From positions 150,073,529 through 150,137,528 of the forward strand of contig NC_068981.1 of NCBI RefSeq assembly GCF_001194135.2: a stretch of 64,000 nucleotides of DNA, written 5' to 3'. Shown in pieces: positions 13,047 through 27,201 of the stretch. The notes beneath the pieces are model-generated. The model did no database searches and was not told the origin of the DNA. It was given only the letters and a program-made list of their open reading frames with translations. Each line of letters starts with the position of its first letter. Position 1 is the first letter of the stretch. Position numbers and translations under genes: made by a program. This DNA is from Octopus bimaculoides (taxonomy: Eukaryota).

Positions 13047-16000
13047 TATATTAAATAAATAATATATTAAACTGTAAGAGAAAAAGTTATGACTCGCGAT
13101 TTGAAACACGTAATTACCTTCCCATGAGACCTATTTATATTCTGTCACTTCTCTCTAATTAAATGCACAAATCTATTTTTTATGCAAATTATTTCTTGAT
13201 TTTTAATCTTTAAGCATTCATAACAAATTTGTAAATATTTTAGTATCAGAAATTTTCATTTTCATGCTTAAAAACAATGAATAGAAAGAACCATGTACTT
13301 TTTTATGTTTTAGTGTGTATTCTAAAATATTTGTTATCGCTTAGAAAAAAGACTTTATGATGTAAATTGCTTGTAAATTTGTCAGTTTCGATAAGGAAAC
13401 AGAGATGCTAATTTTTGTTCTTTGCTAAACTATGCTATTTTGTTTATCTCCAAAAGATAATTGACTGGTTATTTAGCTAAGCTGGCTAAGTTGTTACTAC
13501 ATATGTAAATCACCTATATTCAATTTTGCGCAACGAAATGGGATTATTCCGTATTCCAACAGTGAACCTTTCTACAATTGCTGCACATTTTGCTTTAACT
13601 CCACAAGAAGCACAATTGACGCTCAGCAAGACTTGCATTCTATATTTAGCAATCCCCAATATTATATATATATTCGCATTACCCCCAGATAATTTCATAT
13701 AATCGTAGCACAAGCTATAACAATGATCTTTCCCTCCACTGAAGCTGTACGATCTACCCCTTCACAACATATTGGCGTCATCATGGTCGCCCCTTGCACC
13801 ATTCTTAATTTGTTCATTCGATCTGCTCTAGAGAGACTTAATTTAAGCTTAATGCACTATGTCCCACCCCACCAATAGGCAGCGACTCTATCAGTGCAAG
13901 CTATGCTCTTATCACACTCTTTTAAAAACATTCTCTCTCTCACACACACACACACACACTCTCTCTCTCTTTCTCTCTCCACATACATTCATAAATACAT
14001 ACATACATACATACATATATACATACATACATACATGCATACATATATACGTACGTACGCATGCCCGCACGCACGTACGTACGTATGTATGTATGTACAT
14101 ATATATAACAAGTTTGCCGTTATCGTTTGAAATTGAGGCATTATATATAAAATGCCTATGACTTCGAGACAAGATATCAAATAAAATTATCTGTGCACGT
14201 TTTCTAGGTATTCATTAATACGGCTATATGTCAAACTTAATCTTGTACTACAAGCAATCAAAATACGAAAAGTTCTAACAGTTAGTTCTCGCTGCCTGAA
14301 CACTCATCTACAATTGGTCTTTCAAAAATTATGTAATAAAAGCCGGACAAATCTTCGCAATATTTTGGCGTCTTCATGGTTGCCCACTACTATATCTGTC
14401 GGTCAAACACGACATACAGCTTATTAATACAGTTTCAAATCAATTACCAGATTTATACATGCAAACAGCCATTTTAGCATTGCAAGGCATCTCGATGGAT
14501 AGGCAAATTTCACTGAGCTGTGTTGTAAAGCAACACTACAGGAACGGAACAGATATTTGTTCAGTGAACTGTTGAGATAAAGTAGCAAACTAAGAAATGG
14601 TTTTAAGAAAAACAATGTACTTTACGTCTGAAATACCATTGAGTTTCAGTCTGCTTCATTAAATAGAAAACTAAATTGATGCAATGTTCTCAGAATACTT
14701 ACTCTTTGTTTTTTTCAGCAGAATTGAATAATAAAATTTCCTTATCATTTTTATTTCTTTTGTTACTATGAATATTTAGGCTCCTTAAATTATACAGATA
14801 CTTCATTAATAAAGTGTCCAAACCCTGTTGTGATTTATGTCAATCTTAAATATAAAGCTAGAGTTTTATTTTTTAGTTGTATGCGTTGGCATTCTATCAA
14901 ATTCCTTAGGTAAGGTAACTATGTTCAGAATGAATTAAACTCATTTTATATTTTGCCAAATTTGCTAGATTATTATGTTGAGTATCAAAAAAAAATCTAT
15001 TCAATATATTTGTTTTCAAACAATGCCAGTGTAACATAGATACACACATATATGCATTCGCACATATATTCATACATAGACACTTATAATTCAAATACAC
15101 ACACACACACACATGTACATATATACGTATATGTGTGTGTGTTTATGTGTGAGTGTATAAACATGATTGCTTTATTTTGTCAGTTGATAGCCGGCTCAAA
15201 CTCAGACTGATTGTTCTGATTTATTATCATCCTTGCGAGTGCACAAGTATAACTTTACAAGCCACGCATCCAAAGCCATAGGACTTGATGAAAATAAAAG
15301 CGGTATCAAGCAATGATACATTGGATATAAATCACAAAAGTTTGCATAACACTTTACCAATCTCTCAGTCGTCATGGTAGCTTCCTGTACGAACACCGCA
15401 ACATGGTTGGTATTATTTTGATTGCAAGTTTAATGTCAGAGTACTTGTCTTCCAAAAGAGCTGCTTCCCCCGCGGCTTTGAGAAAAATACACTCTTAGGG
15501 AATCTTTTTAATGCATAGATTGGAGTTATGGTATTTAAAACATGACTGCACTCTCCCAGAACACTCGAAATGGAGCCTCATCACCGGATGCAGTTTAATG
15601 TCATACCCAGAACAATGCATAAGCATTCATACACATATGCATACGTAATTTTATATGTACATTAGCTATTTAATTCATCAATTAAATATTCTCTGTTTCT
15701 TGTAGAATATCTTATTACGTCCTTTTATCAGATTTTTGGCAGTCTGTTCATCGGTCTAGAGAGGTTTGAATAGGTTGCTTATGGGACGGGTAGAATAATT
15801 CCGTCATAGCGTTTATTATATCTTATTCTATGGTATATGTCTTTATTCTTTGATCTGTTGTCTACGATATACAGGCGTTGATAGAGCGCTAAGCTATGTT
15901 AGTTGGTCTGCATTTCCAGCATTACTGAAGTGTGATCTGCATACTTACTGAAAATTACCGGCTATACATTTCTGTTGACATCTGACATCAGGTTGAAGAA

Positions 16001-17344
16001 TTGCGTAATAAGTAAATTTAAATTTTTCGTTCATGAAGAATCGATTCCATTACAAGATACAATTACATTATTATGTAGATAATTGTTTTCCAACAAATTA
16101 ATTGACAGTAGGCATTTCCACTTTCCGAGGGAGTGACGTCAGACTAGTGGATAAAATTATATTGATATCATTCCAGATTTTTAGACATAATTGGAAGATT
16201 TTAATANNNNNNNNNNNNNNNNNNNNNNNNNNNNNNNNNNNNNNNNNNNNNNNNNNNNNNNNNNNNNNNNNNNNNNNNNNNNNNNNNNNNNNNNNNNNNN
16301 NNNNNNNNNNNNNNNNNNNNNNNNNNNNNNNNNNNNNNNNNNNNNNNNNNNNNNNNNNNNNNNNNNNNNNNNNNNNNNNNNNNNNNNNNNNNNNNNNNNN
16401 NNNNNNNNNNNNNNNNNNNNNNNNNNNNNNNNNNNNNNNNNNNNNNNTATTTATTTATATATCAAATACACACAACATACATAAAGATACGTAAATATAA
16501 AATCGTTTTTCTCCTTTTTTATTATCTATCCCACACATTCACGTGATCTCCATCGAGGAGTGAAACATATTCCGGTAAAAAAAAAAATTAAATGACTTTT
16601 TAAAAATTTTCTCAATAAACATTTGTCCTTTGATAGTAATAAAATTAATCTTTCAAAGATAGATAAACAACAGTGAAGCAATTATTTGCTAGATACTAAA
16701 AAGTTTACATAAATATTCGAAGGAAAAATACTTATAATTCTCTTATATTGTTTATTAAATTCATTTCACAATTTGTTCTATTTTAATGGTCACTGTATTA
16801 ACTATAACATTCACTTAGCTGTGTTTTGTTTTAATATCAACGATTTATTTTCACGCATTACATTATCCAACTTAAGAATGTTTTCCGTCATTTCTTTGCT
16901 AAGCACAGTGACTGCTTTTGCTTCTGTGAGGAGATCTGAGAAAACTCTAAGTATGTCGGTAATTGTCACGCTTATTTCAAAACCATTTCTCAAATATTTT
17001 AAGTCATTCGAAAATTCTGTTTTTCCACTCAAGTATTCTAAATTAGCTTTTTAGTATTCTCAGCATTAAATGTTTTGCAATAATCTAACGTCTCTTCAGT
17101 TGATATTAGTAGCTACCTCATTTCTTTTATCTGATGTTTTTATTCTTTGTATTGCTATATTTCATCTTTCCATTTGAAATTAAAAAGAAAATACACGTGC
17201 GCGCGCACACACACACACTCACACACATTTGTGAAAAGTTCGTACAATACATTCCGCGTGGTAATAGTACAAAATACAAAAGATGGAAAATGCACATTAA
17301 TTTTAATAACAATTACTGATTGCCTCCCCGAAAATTTATATGCC

Positions 17345-17695
17345 TTCCGATTCATTATCAAATAATTTAAGGACAAAGATTCAAACTTGTGACTGAATTT
17401 ACCTGTGCGCCCAAAAAGTTAATCGACATCATAATTTGCTCAGCATGTGAACACAACGATATTGGGCAAACGAGAAAGTCGCTCAGACGGAGAACAATAC
17501 TGCATAGGGACAAAATCCATTTGCCAAGATATAGATAAATTCCGTTAAGCAAACACAGAGAGATGTGGGAGAATATCCAACCAAGCTTCAAAATTTTTCC
17601 CTATATGCTAATGCAATAGAAAAACTTCTGTAAAACAGGTGACGAATAAAGAGACTACATTTTATTTTTAAAAATCAACCGCGCCTAAATGTAAA
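17345..17695 (+). mobile_element. Penelope-like element relic: GIY-YIG endonuclease domain
   Basis: Translates to EFTCAPKKLIDIIICSACEHNDIGQTRKSLRRRTILHRDKIHLPRYR*IPLSKH...FKIFP and, after a frameshift, NQPRLN. This fits the PLE pattern FTC..NxIY.I.C..C...YIGQT...L..R...H. Absent from the ORF track. Confidence 0.8.
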
Positions 17696-17984
17696 CATAC
17701 AATCGATATGTAAGTATTTTAGTTCATATAATCGATTAACTTTCCCTAAGTAATGGTTGTGGGGTAAATTGTCTCTTCTGCTTCTAATAATTGTAATCAG
17801 TGATTAACTCTCCTACAATTTATTTATCTTTCGATTCATTTGCAATATATCAATTCTACTAATATGGAATGAAAAATTATTATGATAGCATGAAATTAAA
17901 ACACTATCACTAACTACTAAGTCGTGATTAGCATTAGAATAAACGGTCACCAATGTAAATATCTTATTTCATATATATACATTA

Positions 17985-19140
17985 CCACAGATATATATTA
18001 CAAACACACAGACACACACCAATACTTGAACTTTAAATCGTGCCATCCACCCCATACAAAACTCAACATACCATGCTGCCTAGCCAGGAGAATATGTACT
18101 ATTGTAGAGGATATAGAGACCAGAAATCAACGCCTGATGGAACTGAAAGAATTTCTGCTGAAGCAAAAATACCCATCACGACTCATAGAAAATGGTATTC
18201 AGCGGGCTTCGAAAATACCCATACAACAACTGAGGACACCGCAAAGAAAAGACAAACAGGAAAAGATCATTCCATTTATAGTGACACAAAATCCATGCCA
18301 CCAGAACATCTTTAATATCGCCAAAGCGAACTTACNNNNNNNNNNNNNNNNNNNNNNNNNNNNNNNNNNNNNNNNNNNNNNNNNNNNNNNNNNNNNNNNN
18401 NNNNNNNNNNNNNNNNNNNNNNNNNNNNNNNNNNNNNNNNNNNNNNNNNNNNNNNNNNNNNNNNNNNNNNNNNNNNNNNNNNNNNNNNNNNNNNNNNNNN
18501 NNNNNNNNNNNNNNNNNNNNNNNNNNNNNNNNNNNNNNNNNNNNNNNNNNNNNNNNNNNNNNNNNNNNNNNNNNNNNNNNNNNNNNNNNNNNNNNNNNNN
18601 NNNNNNNNNNNNNNNNNNNNNNNNNNNNNNNNNNNNNNNNNNNNNNNNNNNNNNNNNNNNNNNNNNNNNNNNNNNNNNNNNNNNNNNNNNNNNNNNNNNN
18701 NNNNNNNNNNNNNNNNNNNNNNNNNNNNNNNNNNNNNNNNNNNNNNNNNNNNNNNNNNNNNNNNNNNNNNNNNNNNNNNNNNNNNNNNNNNNNNNNNNNN
18801 NNNNNNNNNNNNNNNNNNNNNNNNNNNNNNNNNNNNNNNNNNNNNNNNNNNNNNNNNNNNNNNNNNNAAAGGAATTGGTATAAAAGACAGAAAACCAGCC
18901 AACTTATTACAGTCTGTTAAAGTTTGTCATACCGGCCATGACGAAGGGAAATAGCCCTGAAACTCGAGTCGCCTTTATATATTTATATTTATATATTTGA
19001 TCCTTTATATTGAACACTCAATATATCATCTACATTCAATACTTTCTTTCATGGTGCCATCCATTTTTATTTTATTTTATTTTATATTATATATTGTATA
19101 TTATATTATATATTGTATATTCCATATTCTATACCCCACA
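17985..19140 (+). mobile_element. Penelope-like element relic: RT thumb region, assembly gap, then 3' pLTR with hammerhead motif
   Basis: TTDIYYKHTDTHQYLNFKSCHPPHTKLNIPCCLARRICTIVE...LMELKEFLLKQKYP is the typical PLE post-RT thumb. The frame stays open to the gap at 18336. A hammerhead-like motif follows at 18934-18973, then an AT-rich tail. Confidence 0.85.
18934..18973 (+). ncRNA. Minimal type-I hammerhead ribozyme motif with palindromic stem III
   Basis: GGC-C(A)UGACGA-AGGG-aaauag-CCCU-GAA-ACUCGAGU-C-GCC. Stem II has 4 bp, stem III is the perfect palindrome ACUCGAGU, the GUC triplet ends at 18970, and stem I is GGC/GCC. There is one extra A in the C3-U4 position. Confidence 0.65.
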
Positions 19141-19854
19141 TTGGTTCTGCAGGAATATAAATAACACATAAAAAACAGACAGTGTTGGAACTCTTATAAA
19201 CAAAATAATATATTACTCTATACACAATCATACAAAAAAAAACTTTTTTGTATTTATTTTTACTCGCATATATATATTATATAATTAATTAATCAAAATA
19301 AGCAACAGGATATCGAGTAATAATGCAGTATGACCGTTTCAAGCGGATCCTTTTAATTGAACAATGCAATCATTACATCAGTTTAAATTTTAATGCTATC
19401 TTCAGTTTCACAAAATATGGAATTTTTAACAAGTAGGACCCATTAATGTAAGTTTTCTTGAATATTTGAATGACCAGACTTAACCATGAGCTGTCAACTC
19501 ACTCTTGTTCTTTATACAAAATAGACACAGTCATCTAGTCTCAGATTTAATAGATGATAAAGAGGTAAATAAATTAGAAATTATTTAACCCCCACGATCA
19601 TATGACCCCATTATGCTCCGTGCGATTCTAAGAAATTGTAGTCTATTCTTAGCTACTTTGCTACAATAGCGACAACATGAATTTTTTCCATCTTCTTACT
19701 CTGGTAAAATATTTCAGAAAAATTATATTAATGTGTCCAACTTGTCAAAAGATTCTGTATTTTGTGCAGCAGAAGATAGCACTGCATTTAAATTGATGTA
19801 AGCAGAGTTGCTTGAAACGGTCGTACTGCATTACTACTCGATATCCGGATGCTT

Positions 19855-20062
19855 AAGGTGGCTAGCTAGCAGAAACGTTAGTACCCTGGGAGAAATGCTT
19901 AGCGGTTTTTACGTTCTGAGTTCAAATTCCGCCGAGGTTGACTTTGCCTTTCATCCTTTCGGGCTCGATAAATTAAGTACCAGTTGCGTACTGGAACCGA
20001 TCTAATCGACTGGTTCCCTCCCCCAAAATTTCGGGCCCTGTGCCTAGAGTAGTAAAGGATAT
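19855..20062 (+). mobile_element. tRNA-derived SINE family A
   Basis: GCTAGCAGAAACGTTAGTACC...TTCTGAGTTCAAATTCCGCCGAGGTTGACTTTGCCTTTCATCCTTTCGG...GGCCCTGTGCCTAGAGTAG, homologous to 43361-43578. Confidence 0.88.
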
Positions 20063-20661
20063 CCTGTTGCTTATTTTCATTTTATTCACTTTACTTCGAG
20101 CTTTCGAACTGTGTGGATAGTACCGGACTGACTTGGTGCTTCAACTTAAGTACCCAACTCAAGTGAATCTTAATTATTTCTCATACACACACACACACAC
20201 ACATATATANNNNNNNNNNNNNNNNNNNNNNNNNNNNNNNNNNNNNNNNNNNNNNNNNNNNNNNNNNNNNNNNNNNNNNNNNNNNNNNNNNNNNNNNNNN
20301 NNNNNNNNNNNNNNNNNNNNNNNNNNNNNNNNNNNNNNNNNNNNNNNNNNNNNNNNNNNNNNNNNNNNNNNNNNNNNNNNNNNNNNNNNNNNNNNNNNNN
20401 NNNNNNNNNNNNNNNNNNNNNNNNNNNNNNNNNNNNNNNNNNNNNNNNNNNNNNNNNNNNNNNNNNNNNNNNNNNNNNNNNNNNNNNNNNNNNNNNNNNN
20501 NNNNNNNNNNNNNNNNNNNNNNNNNNNNNNNNNNNNNNNNNNNNNNNNNNNNNNNNNNNNNNNNNNNNNNNNNNNNNNNNNNNNNNNNNNNNNNNNNNNN
20601 NNNNNNNNNNNNNNNNNNNNNNNNNNNNNNNNNNNNNNNNNNNNNNNNNNNTAAAGATATA

Positions 20662-20701
<40 letters not shown>

Positions 20702-22684
20702 GAATCGAAGCAGACGAATTGAAGGAAGTTGTTTATTCCATCAAGTATAGTAACTGTTTTTTACAGACACATCAGTTGGGAACGACTGAAAATGATACAT
20801 TGAAAAGATACAATTTCAAAAAGTACATAGCTAAAATGGAGAATATGAAGGATGAATTTTCATGTTTTATGTTATGATAATTTGTCATTTAGACATTTTG
20901 TGGAGTATGCAGAAACGGAATACAGTTGCAAGTAACACAAATCCGGTATACAGGAGCAAACACCATGACATTCCTCCGCATTAACCACTGAAGTAAACGA
21001 TATACAGATGGAAACGAGCAAAAGGCAAAATTCTACCTCATCGCAGCACCAAGAAATAGAGACCTGAAAATACAATAGAAAGTCATAAAGAGGAGATAGA
21101 GGAATAAGTGCTGTTAAAATAATCACCAACAATTAAATGCCGACTATCAAGAGGAAGCGAAAAACAAAAGCTGAGATTCTCGATATCGTGTTAATAGCAA
21201 ATAAATACGGTGTCTAAGCCATTGGTTATGCAAAACCTTGTCAGTGAGTAATAAATGTACAGTAAGGAAGCAGTCATACCGGAAAAACTGTGTAGCTGCA
21301 GAGAATCAAAATCGTGTTATAGTTTGAATTAAAAAAAACACATATTACATCTTATGGTGGTTCTACTTAGTAATACAAAGACGTATTTGGATTGATTTTA
21401 ATGCTTTCTGTAGCTCAGATTTTCTTTACTATTTTAAATGTATCCCCCCCCCCCACACACTCACACCTTTTAAGCAAATTTTTATTAACTGACATCTAAC
21501 ATTTGTGTTTAGAGTAAAAAAAATCTTCGTGCTTTTACCTGTCTCTTTTCAAAGTTCGTTTTTCCAGCGTTCACCACTTCACATTATCTTGGCTTAACAG
21601 CCCTCACCGTTTGTTTTTACTGTTTTGTTCACACTGTCCTGTTTATGTTACCACTTTCACCCTCCGCAAAATATCCCNNNNNNNNNNNNNNNNNNNNNNN
21701 NNNNNNNNNNNNNNNNNNNNNNNNNNNNNNNNNNNNNNNNNNNNNNNNNNNNNNNNNNNNNNNNNNNNNNNNNNNNNNNNNNNNNNNNNNNNNNNNNNNN
21801 NNNNNNNNNNNNNNNNNNNNNNNNNNNNNNNNNNNNNNNNNNNNNNNNNNNNNNNNNNNNNNNNNNNNNNNNNNNNNNNNNNNNNNNNNNNNNNNNNNNN
21901 NNNNNNNNNNNNNNNNNNNNNNNNNNNNNNNNNNNNNNNNNNNNNNNNNNNNNNNNNNNNNNNNNNNNNNNNNNNNNNNNNNNNNNNNNNNNNNNNNNNN
22001 NNNNNNNNNNNNNNNNNNNNNNNNNNNNNNNNNNNNNNNNNNNNNNNNNNNNNNNNNNNNNNNNNNNNNNNNNNNNNATATATATATATATATATACATA
22101 TATTATATATATTAGTAAATATGTATGTGCATTTGTATATAAATGTGATAATAAATTTAAAGAAAAAGAACTTAGTGCAATAACGAAGGACAATAGTGTC
22201 GTGTACAATATATAAATTTAATAACTGGATTATCTCTTCAGCTATATTTCAACTAACAGTGTTACCGTTACCGGATCTTCAGATAATATATGAAATTTAT
22301 CTTTTCATGTTAAATGCTAAATTCATAATAAAGATAAGCTTATTTTCTTTATTGCTTGAATTGACTATCACTTTTTCCGAATTATCTCTTAGTTTATGGG
22401 AAATTATATCTGAGTTTTACTTACATATAATTACACTCGTCAATATATCTCTGTTTGAATTTACCTGTCTACCTTTGCATTGTAAAATACGTATATGATA
22501 GTTTCTATAACCAAGTATATTTGTGTGCATTTGAAAGAACAAGGCAATATAATATCGTATATTAGTCATTGTGTTTTTCTTGTTTATTACCTCTTAGATA
22601 GTTTACCTGGACAACGATAAGTTAATTGAAAAATGTTTGCAACCAGAGGGATGTTACTCAAACTGGCACTTCATGAGTTATGAC

Positions 22685-22925
22685 GACTGGGGTTCCAGAT
22701 GATCAGATCAACGGAACAGCCTAGTCGTGAAATTAACTTGCAAGTGGCTGAGCACTCCACAGACACGTATACACTTACCGTAGTTCTCGTGTAGATTTAG
22801 TGTGTCACAAAGTGTGAGAAGGTTGTTCTTTTTTAATACATGTATAACTAATTTTTTGCCAGCAACGTGAAATGAAGACACAACACACTACCGGGAATCA
22901 ATCTCACGACCACTAAGCCACGCTC
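22685..22925 (-). mobile_element. Diverged SINE sharing the family B 3' part
   Basis: GATCAACGGAACAGCCT...TGCAAGTGGCTGAGCACTCCACAGACACG matches 47183-47240; decayed head near 22880-22920. Confidence 0.75.
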
Positions 22926-22989
22926 CTTCGCCAGGGATGTTACTCTAGCATTAGTGTCTCACATCACAATTTGATATTTTCTATCTAAA

Positions 22990-23024
<35 letters not shown>

Positions 23025-23025
<1 letters not shown>

Positions 23026-23465
23026 GAGGCCTAATGAATAAGAATCCGGACAGTTGCTATAGTAACGGAGCTAAAGCACGCTGATTGAATCCGCTTGTCG
23101 CAGATTGACCTTGAACTCTGGTATGCGTGCGCAGTACGTTCTAACATTCTAGCTCACTTCCGCTGTTTACACTAGTGCTTGGAAGGAAGGTGTGTAGCGT
23201 GTGATCGTCGCACTGACCATGGCAGAGAAAGTTGTCATGGCGATACCTGCTCAGAGGTCTATGCAAAGTAGTCGAAAGTGTATAGACAGGAGTGTATGAG
23301 CCACACACAAGTGTACGAGTGGTTCAGATGTTTCCAAGATGGCTGAAAAAATGTCGATATTGCCGATCGCTCTGGGAGACCAGCAACCAGCAGAACTGAG
23401 AAAAACATCGCAGATGTGCATGCAGCTGTGAGGGGAAATCGTCGAATCACCTTCATGAATTATCA
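23025..23465 (+). mobile_element. Tc1/mariner relic (5' TIR + N-terminal HTH region)
   Basis: Begins TA|CGAGG at the edge of a (TA)n tract. Translates to SMSHTQVYEWFRCFQDG*KNVDIADRSGRPATSRTEKNIADVHAAVRGNRRIT, the mariner transposase HTH region. Truncated. Confidence 0.85.
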
Positions 23466-24367
23466 TATACTAATACAACACTATTTATACGCAAAGCGAT
23501 ATTCACTCTAACATTGTTACACTATCTTCGTTAATTCTCCTGCGTGAATAAAAGAAACTGCACAGGACCGTATCTATAATTTTTCTAATTTAAAACGTGT
23601 CCTGACTGTATATCCCAATGTATGCTGAACAGGTCTAAGCTGGAGCAAACTACGTCGAGTCGCCTCGATATTGTGAATACCGAATCACATTGTGAATCCA
23701 ATATATCATTTGAACTTACCTCAACATAGTAGCTTGTATTCTGTCTGCCTTTTGGGATAGCAAGAGACCATAACCCCTGTAATGTCCTCCATTGATTACG
23801 CAGGAATATTTTTTGTGTATCATCCATAAAATATAAATTCCAATTACATTTTTTAAATTTCCGTAAAATGTCTAAGATCCACTAATTAAGGATTACTTTA
23901 TTGGCATGAATAGAGATTTTGTTTATCCCCATTCGGTAGCAGTATGGAATTTTGCAAAAACAAAATATATAGCAATACAGTAGGTGTTTTCTTAACAATG
24001 GATACTAATCAACTATGTCAGATCATGTGAATGTACATTCTCGTTTGTCAATGATGTATTTAAATCAATATATATCACATATTCTTTCAATGCACAAGAC
24101 TTGGATTGTGTTTATAGTAATTTTATATCGTATCTAATATTATTCGTTCAAGCAAAGTGGCCGGCTTGATATTTAGGACAATAACTCCAAGTTCGATAAC
24201 AAACGCAATAATTTAAATTTAGAGTATAAGGGTATATAAACAACGCAGATATATTTGGTCACTACTTAAGTGTTAGTTTCGTTGCTCTCTTATGAACTTA
24301 TCCTATCAATTGCTGAGAATTAAAACATTTGGTTAGATATCCATCCACCCATCCATCCATTGATCCA

Positions 24368-24419
<52 letters not shown>

Positions 24420-24983
24420 NNNNNNNNNNNNNNNNNNNNNNNNNNNNNNNNNNNNNNNNNNNNNNNNNNNNNNNNNNNNNNNNNNNNNNNNNNNNNNNNN
24501 NNNNNNNNNNNNNNNNNNNNNNNNNNNNNNNNNNNNNNNNNNNNNNNNNNNNNNNNNNNNNNNNNNNNNNNNNNNNNNNNNNNNNNNNNNNNNNNNNNNN
24601 NNNNNNNNNNNNNNNNNNNNNNNNNNNNNNNNNNNNNNNNNNNNNNNNNNNNNNNNNNNNNNNNNNNNNNNNNNNNNNNNNNNNNNNNNNNNNNNNNNNN
24701 NNNNNNNNNNNNNNNNNNNNNNNNNNNNNNNNNNNNNNNNNNNNNNNNNNNNNNNNNNNNNNNNNNNNNNNNNNNNNNNNNNNNNNNNNNNNNNNNNNNN
24801 NNNNNNNNNNNNNNNNNNNNNNNNNNNNNNNNNNNNNNNNNNNNNNNNNNNNNNNNNNNNNNNNNNNNNNNNNNNNNNNNNNNNNNNNNNNNNNNNNNNN
24901 NNNNNNNNNNNNNNNNNNNNNNNNNNNNNNNNNNNNNNNNNNNNNNNNNNNNNNNNNNNNNNNNNNNNNNNNNNNNNNNNNNN

Positions 24984-25016
<33 letters not shown>

Positions 25017-25049
25017 ACAGAAAAACACGTGCTACACTAAACTAAAAAT

Positions 25050-25790
25050 AGTTCACATAGCAAAACAAATTCAAACATCCTTGGTTGAACTATTCCCCAG
25101 TTGAAAAATATTAAATATCGAGAATATCAAATATCAATGAGTAAAGGATGTCCTGAGGATTAAAGGAGAGAGATACAAGGTATCAAAATTCAAAATTATC
25201 TACATTCAGTCAGAGAATAATTTTGAAAAAAATCATTTATCAAATAAAGTAGGTAGTGCACCGCACTATATTATCAAAGTCAATGAGAAATGCATCTAAT
25301 CAAACAAACATAACGCCATAAAGAAAATTAACATAGACAAATAGATTAGATCGAAACATGAAATACAACACAAAATAGAACCATAGCGCCAAAATGACAA
25401 GTATTTTACTTTCGAAGATTACAGATACTACTTACAAATTGAACCATCTGCCTGATTGATAAACTTGACAAAATCCGATATAACTGAAATCGGCAAAAAC
25501 ATTTTAGATAGAAACCTCCCAAAATATAATTTTTTGCAAACGCTACCACTTCATAAAAAAACAAAACGCATGTCTTCATATGTTTAAACTATATAGGGAA
25601 CAGAGAATGAAATAGGTTTTTTACAGCTAAATTTAAAAAAGAACATTACAAACATTCTCCAAAGAAATATATGTTCATCAAACCATCATCCATGTAAAAT
25701 CAATAATCAATATTGCTAAACACGGAAAAGCAATCATATAGCAAGTGTTGACAATAATTATAAGCTACAGCTAATCTATATGAACTAAAC
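25050..25790 (+). mobile_element. Highly decayed Penelope-like RT N-terminal relic
   Basis: FTFEDY...*LINLTKSDITEIGKNILDRNL resembles the PLE pattern FITLKDHK...CRLINPAKSxIGxISKxILDRIN. Lysine-rich, with many stops. Confidence 0.55.
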
Positions 25791-26251
25791 AAAAACTAAT
25801 AACCTTATTGAGGTCAGTGTGTATGTAGAAGTATGCGCGATTTAATATGGTCTTAAATATACATATATATTATATATTTGTATATATGTATGTATATATA
25901 TAATATATATATTTGTGTATATATGTATACATAATATATATATATATGTTTGCATAAATAATTTGTGTGTGTGTATATACATAGATTTGTATATGCATGT
26001 ATGTTTTTATATAAAAAGGTGTATAAAATATATAACACCTATTTCTAATAAATCAATTGGAAATTTGCTAAAACAATTAAACCTTCCATAAGCCAACTAA
26101 AAGACAACTTAAACTAAAATTCCAAAAGATGTGACTTAGAAAGTAGCTAACTTTATTTGTGTATACTTCGGCAAAATATTAAACCTTAAATTATTATATA
26201 GTATTAAATCGGAAACCCATTGAATCTTTATATCAGATGCGCTAACAATAT

Positions 26252-26311
<60 letters not shown>

Positions 26312-27201
26312 TGCATGCATATATGTATGTATATGAGTATAATGAGTAAAAGGGAGATAGAAATATGGAGATATGAGTTAAACCGAGTCAAATCGATTGT
26401 GTGAGTATTTTGTGTTCATCTGTGCATACGCTCGTGCATTCGCATACATACATGATTCGCATGTGCACACAAACATGCACAGAACACACACAAACACATA
26501 AATACACAAAAGTACAAACACACGCATGAATAAATAAGCATCAGCAAGAAACAAAACAAAACATGAATCTGCCGAAGGGTATGATAATAAAAGAGTTAGA
26601 AACAAATTAATAGGAGCATTTTTTTTTTAATTATCGCTGAAACAATCTGGGTTTGTACATTTTAGTTTAGAATGATTGATTTCCATCCAGTTGAAAGTTT
26701 ATAAAGGATTAGAATACGAGGAAATTCAGATGACTCAAAAGTTTGTAAGATTAAGACATTCATAGAGATAATTTTTGCTTAGGCGGTTGTTTTAAATGAT
26801 ATCTCTATGGTAAATTAACGGAAGATTGCTATAATGATAGTAGCAAATCGATAATAAGAATCGAAACACCAGGTGGAAATGAGAATGAATCCTTTTAGAA
26901 GCAGAAATAAATAACCAATATATACATATATGTGCGCCTGTGAGTGTGTGTGTGTATGTATGTATGTATGTGTATATCTATCTATCTATCTATCTTGTAA
27001 AATGTAAAAGAGTCAAAAGGAAGAGTAAGTACGGTTAGGCAGCTTTTTAATCGTTACAGATGTTTCGATACATACAGATCCTCGTATATACAGGATTTAA
27101 AGTTTAAATTAAATTATCTAACGATTTACCTGTATAAGAAGATCTATATGTATCTCCTCAGGCAATACTCAGTTGCTGTCTCCGTAAGCAAAATTCAGAT
27201 T

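Noticed and set aside
13510-13713. Possible host exon (minus-strand ORF ending at AG|GTGATT)
   Set aside because: The acceptor context is weak, there is no recognisable domain, and no neighbouring exons were found. It cannot be supported without transcript data.
20700-21230. Purine-rich, coding-looking stretch
   Set aside because: All frames are broken by stops and I could not match any motif. Left unannotated, possibly an old TE fragment.
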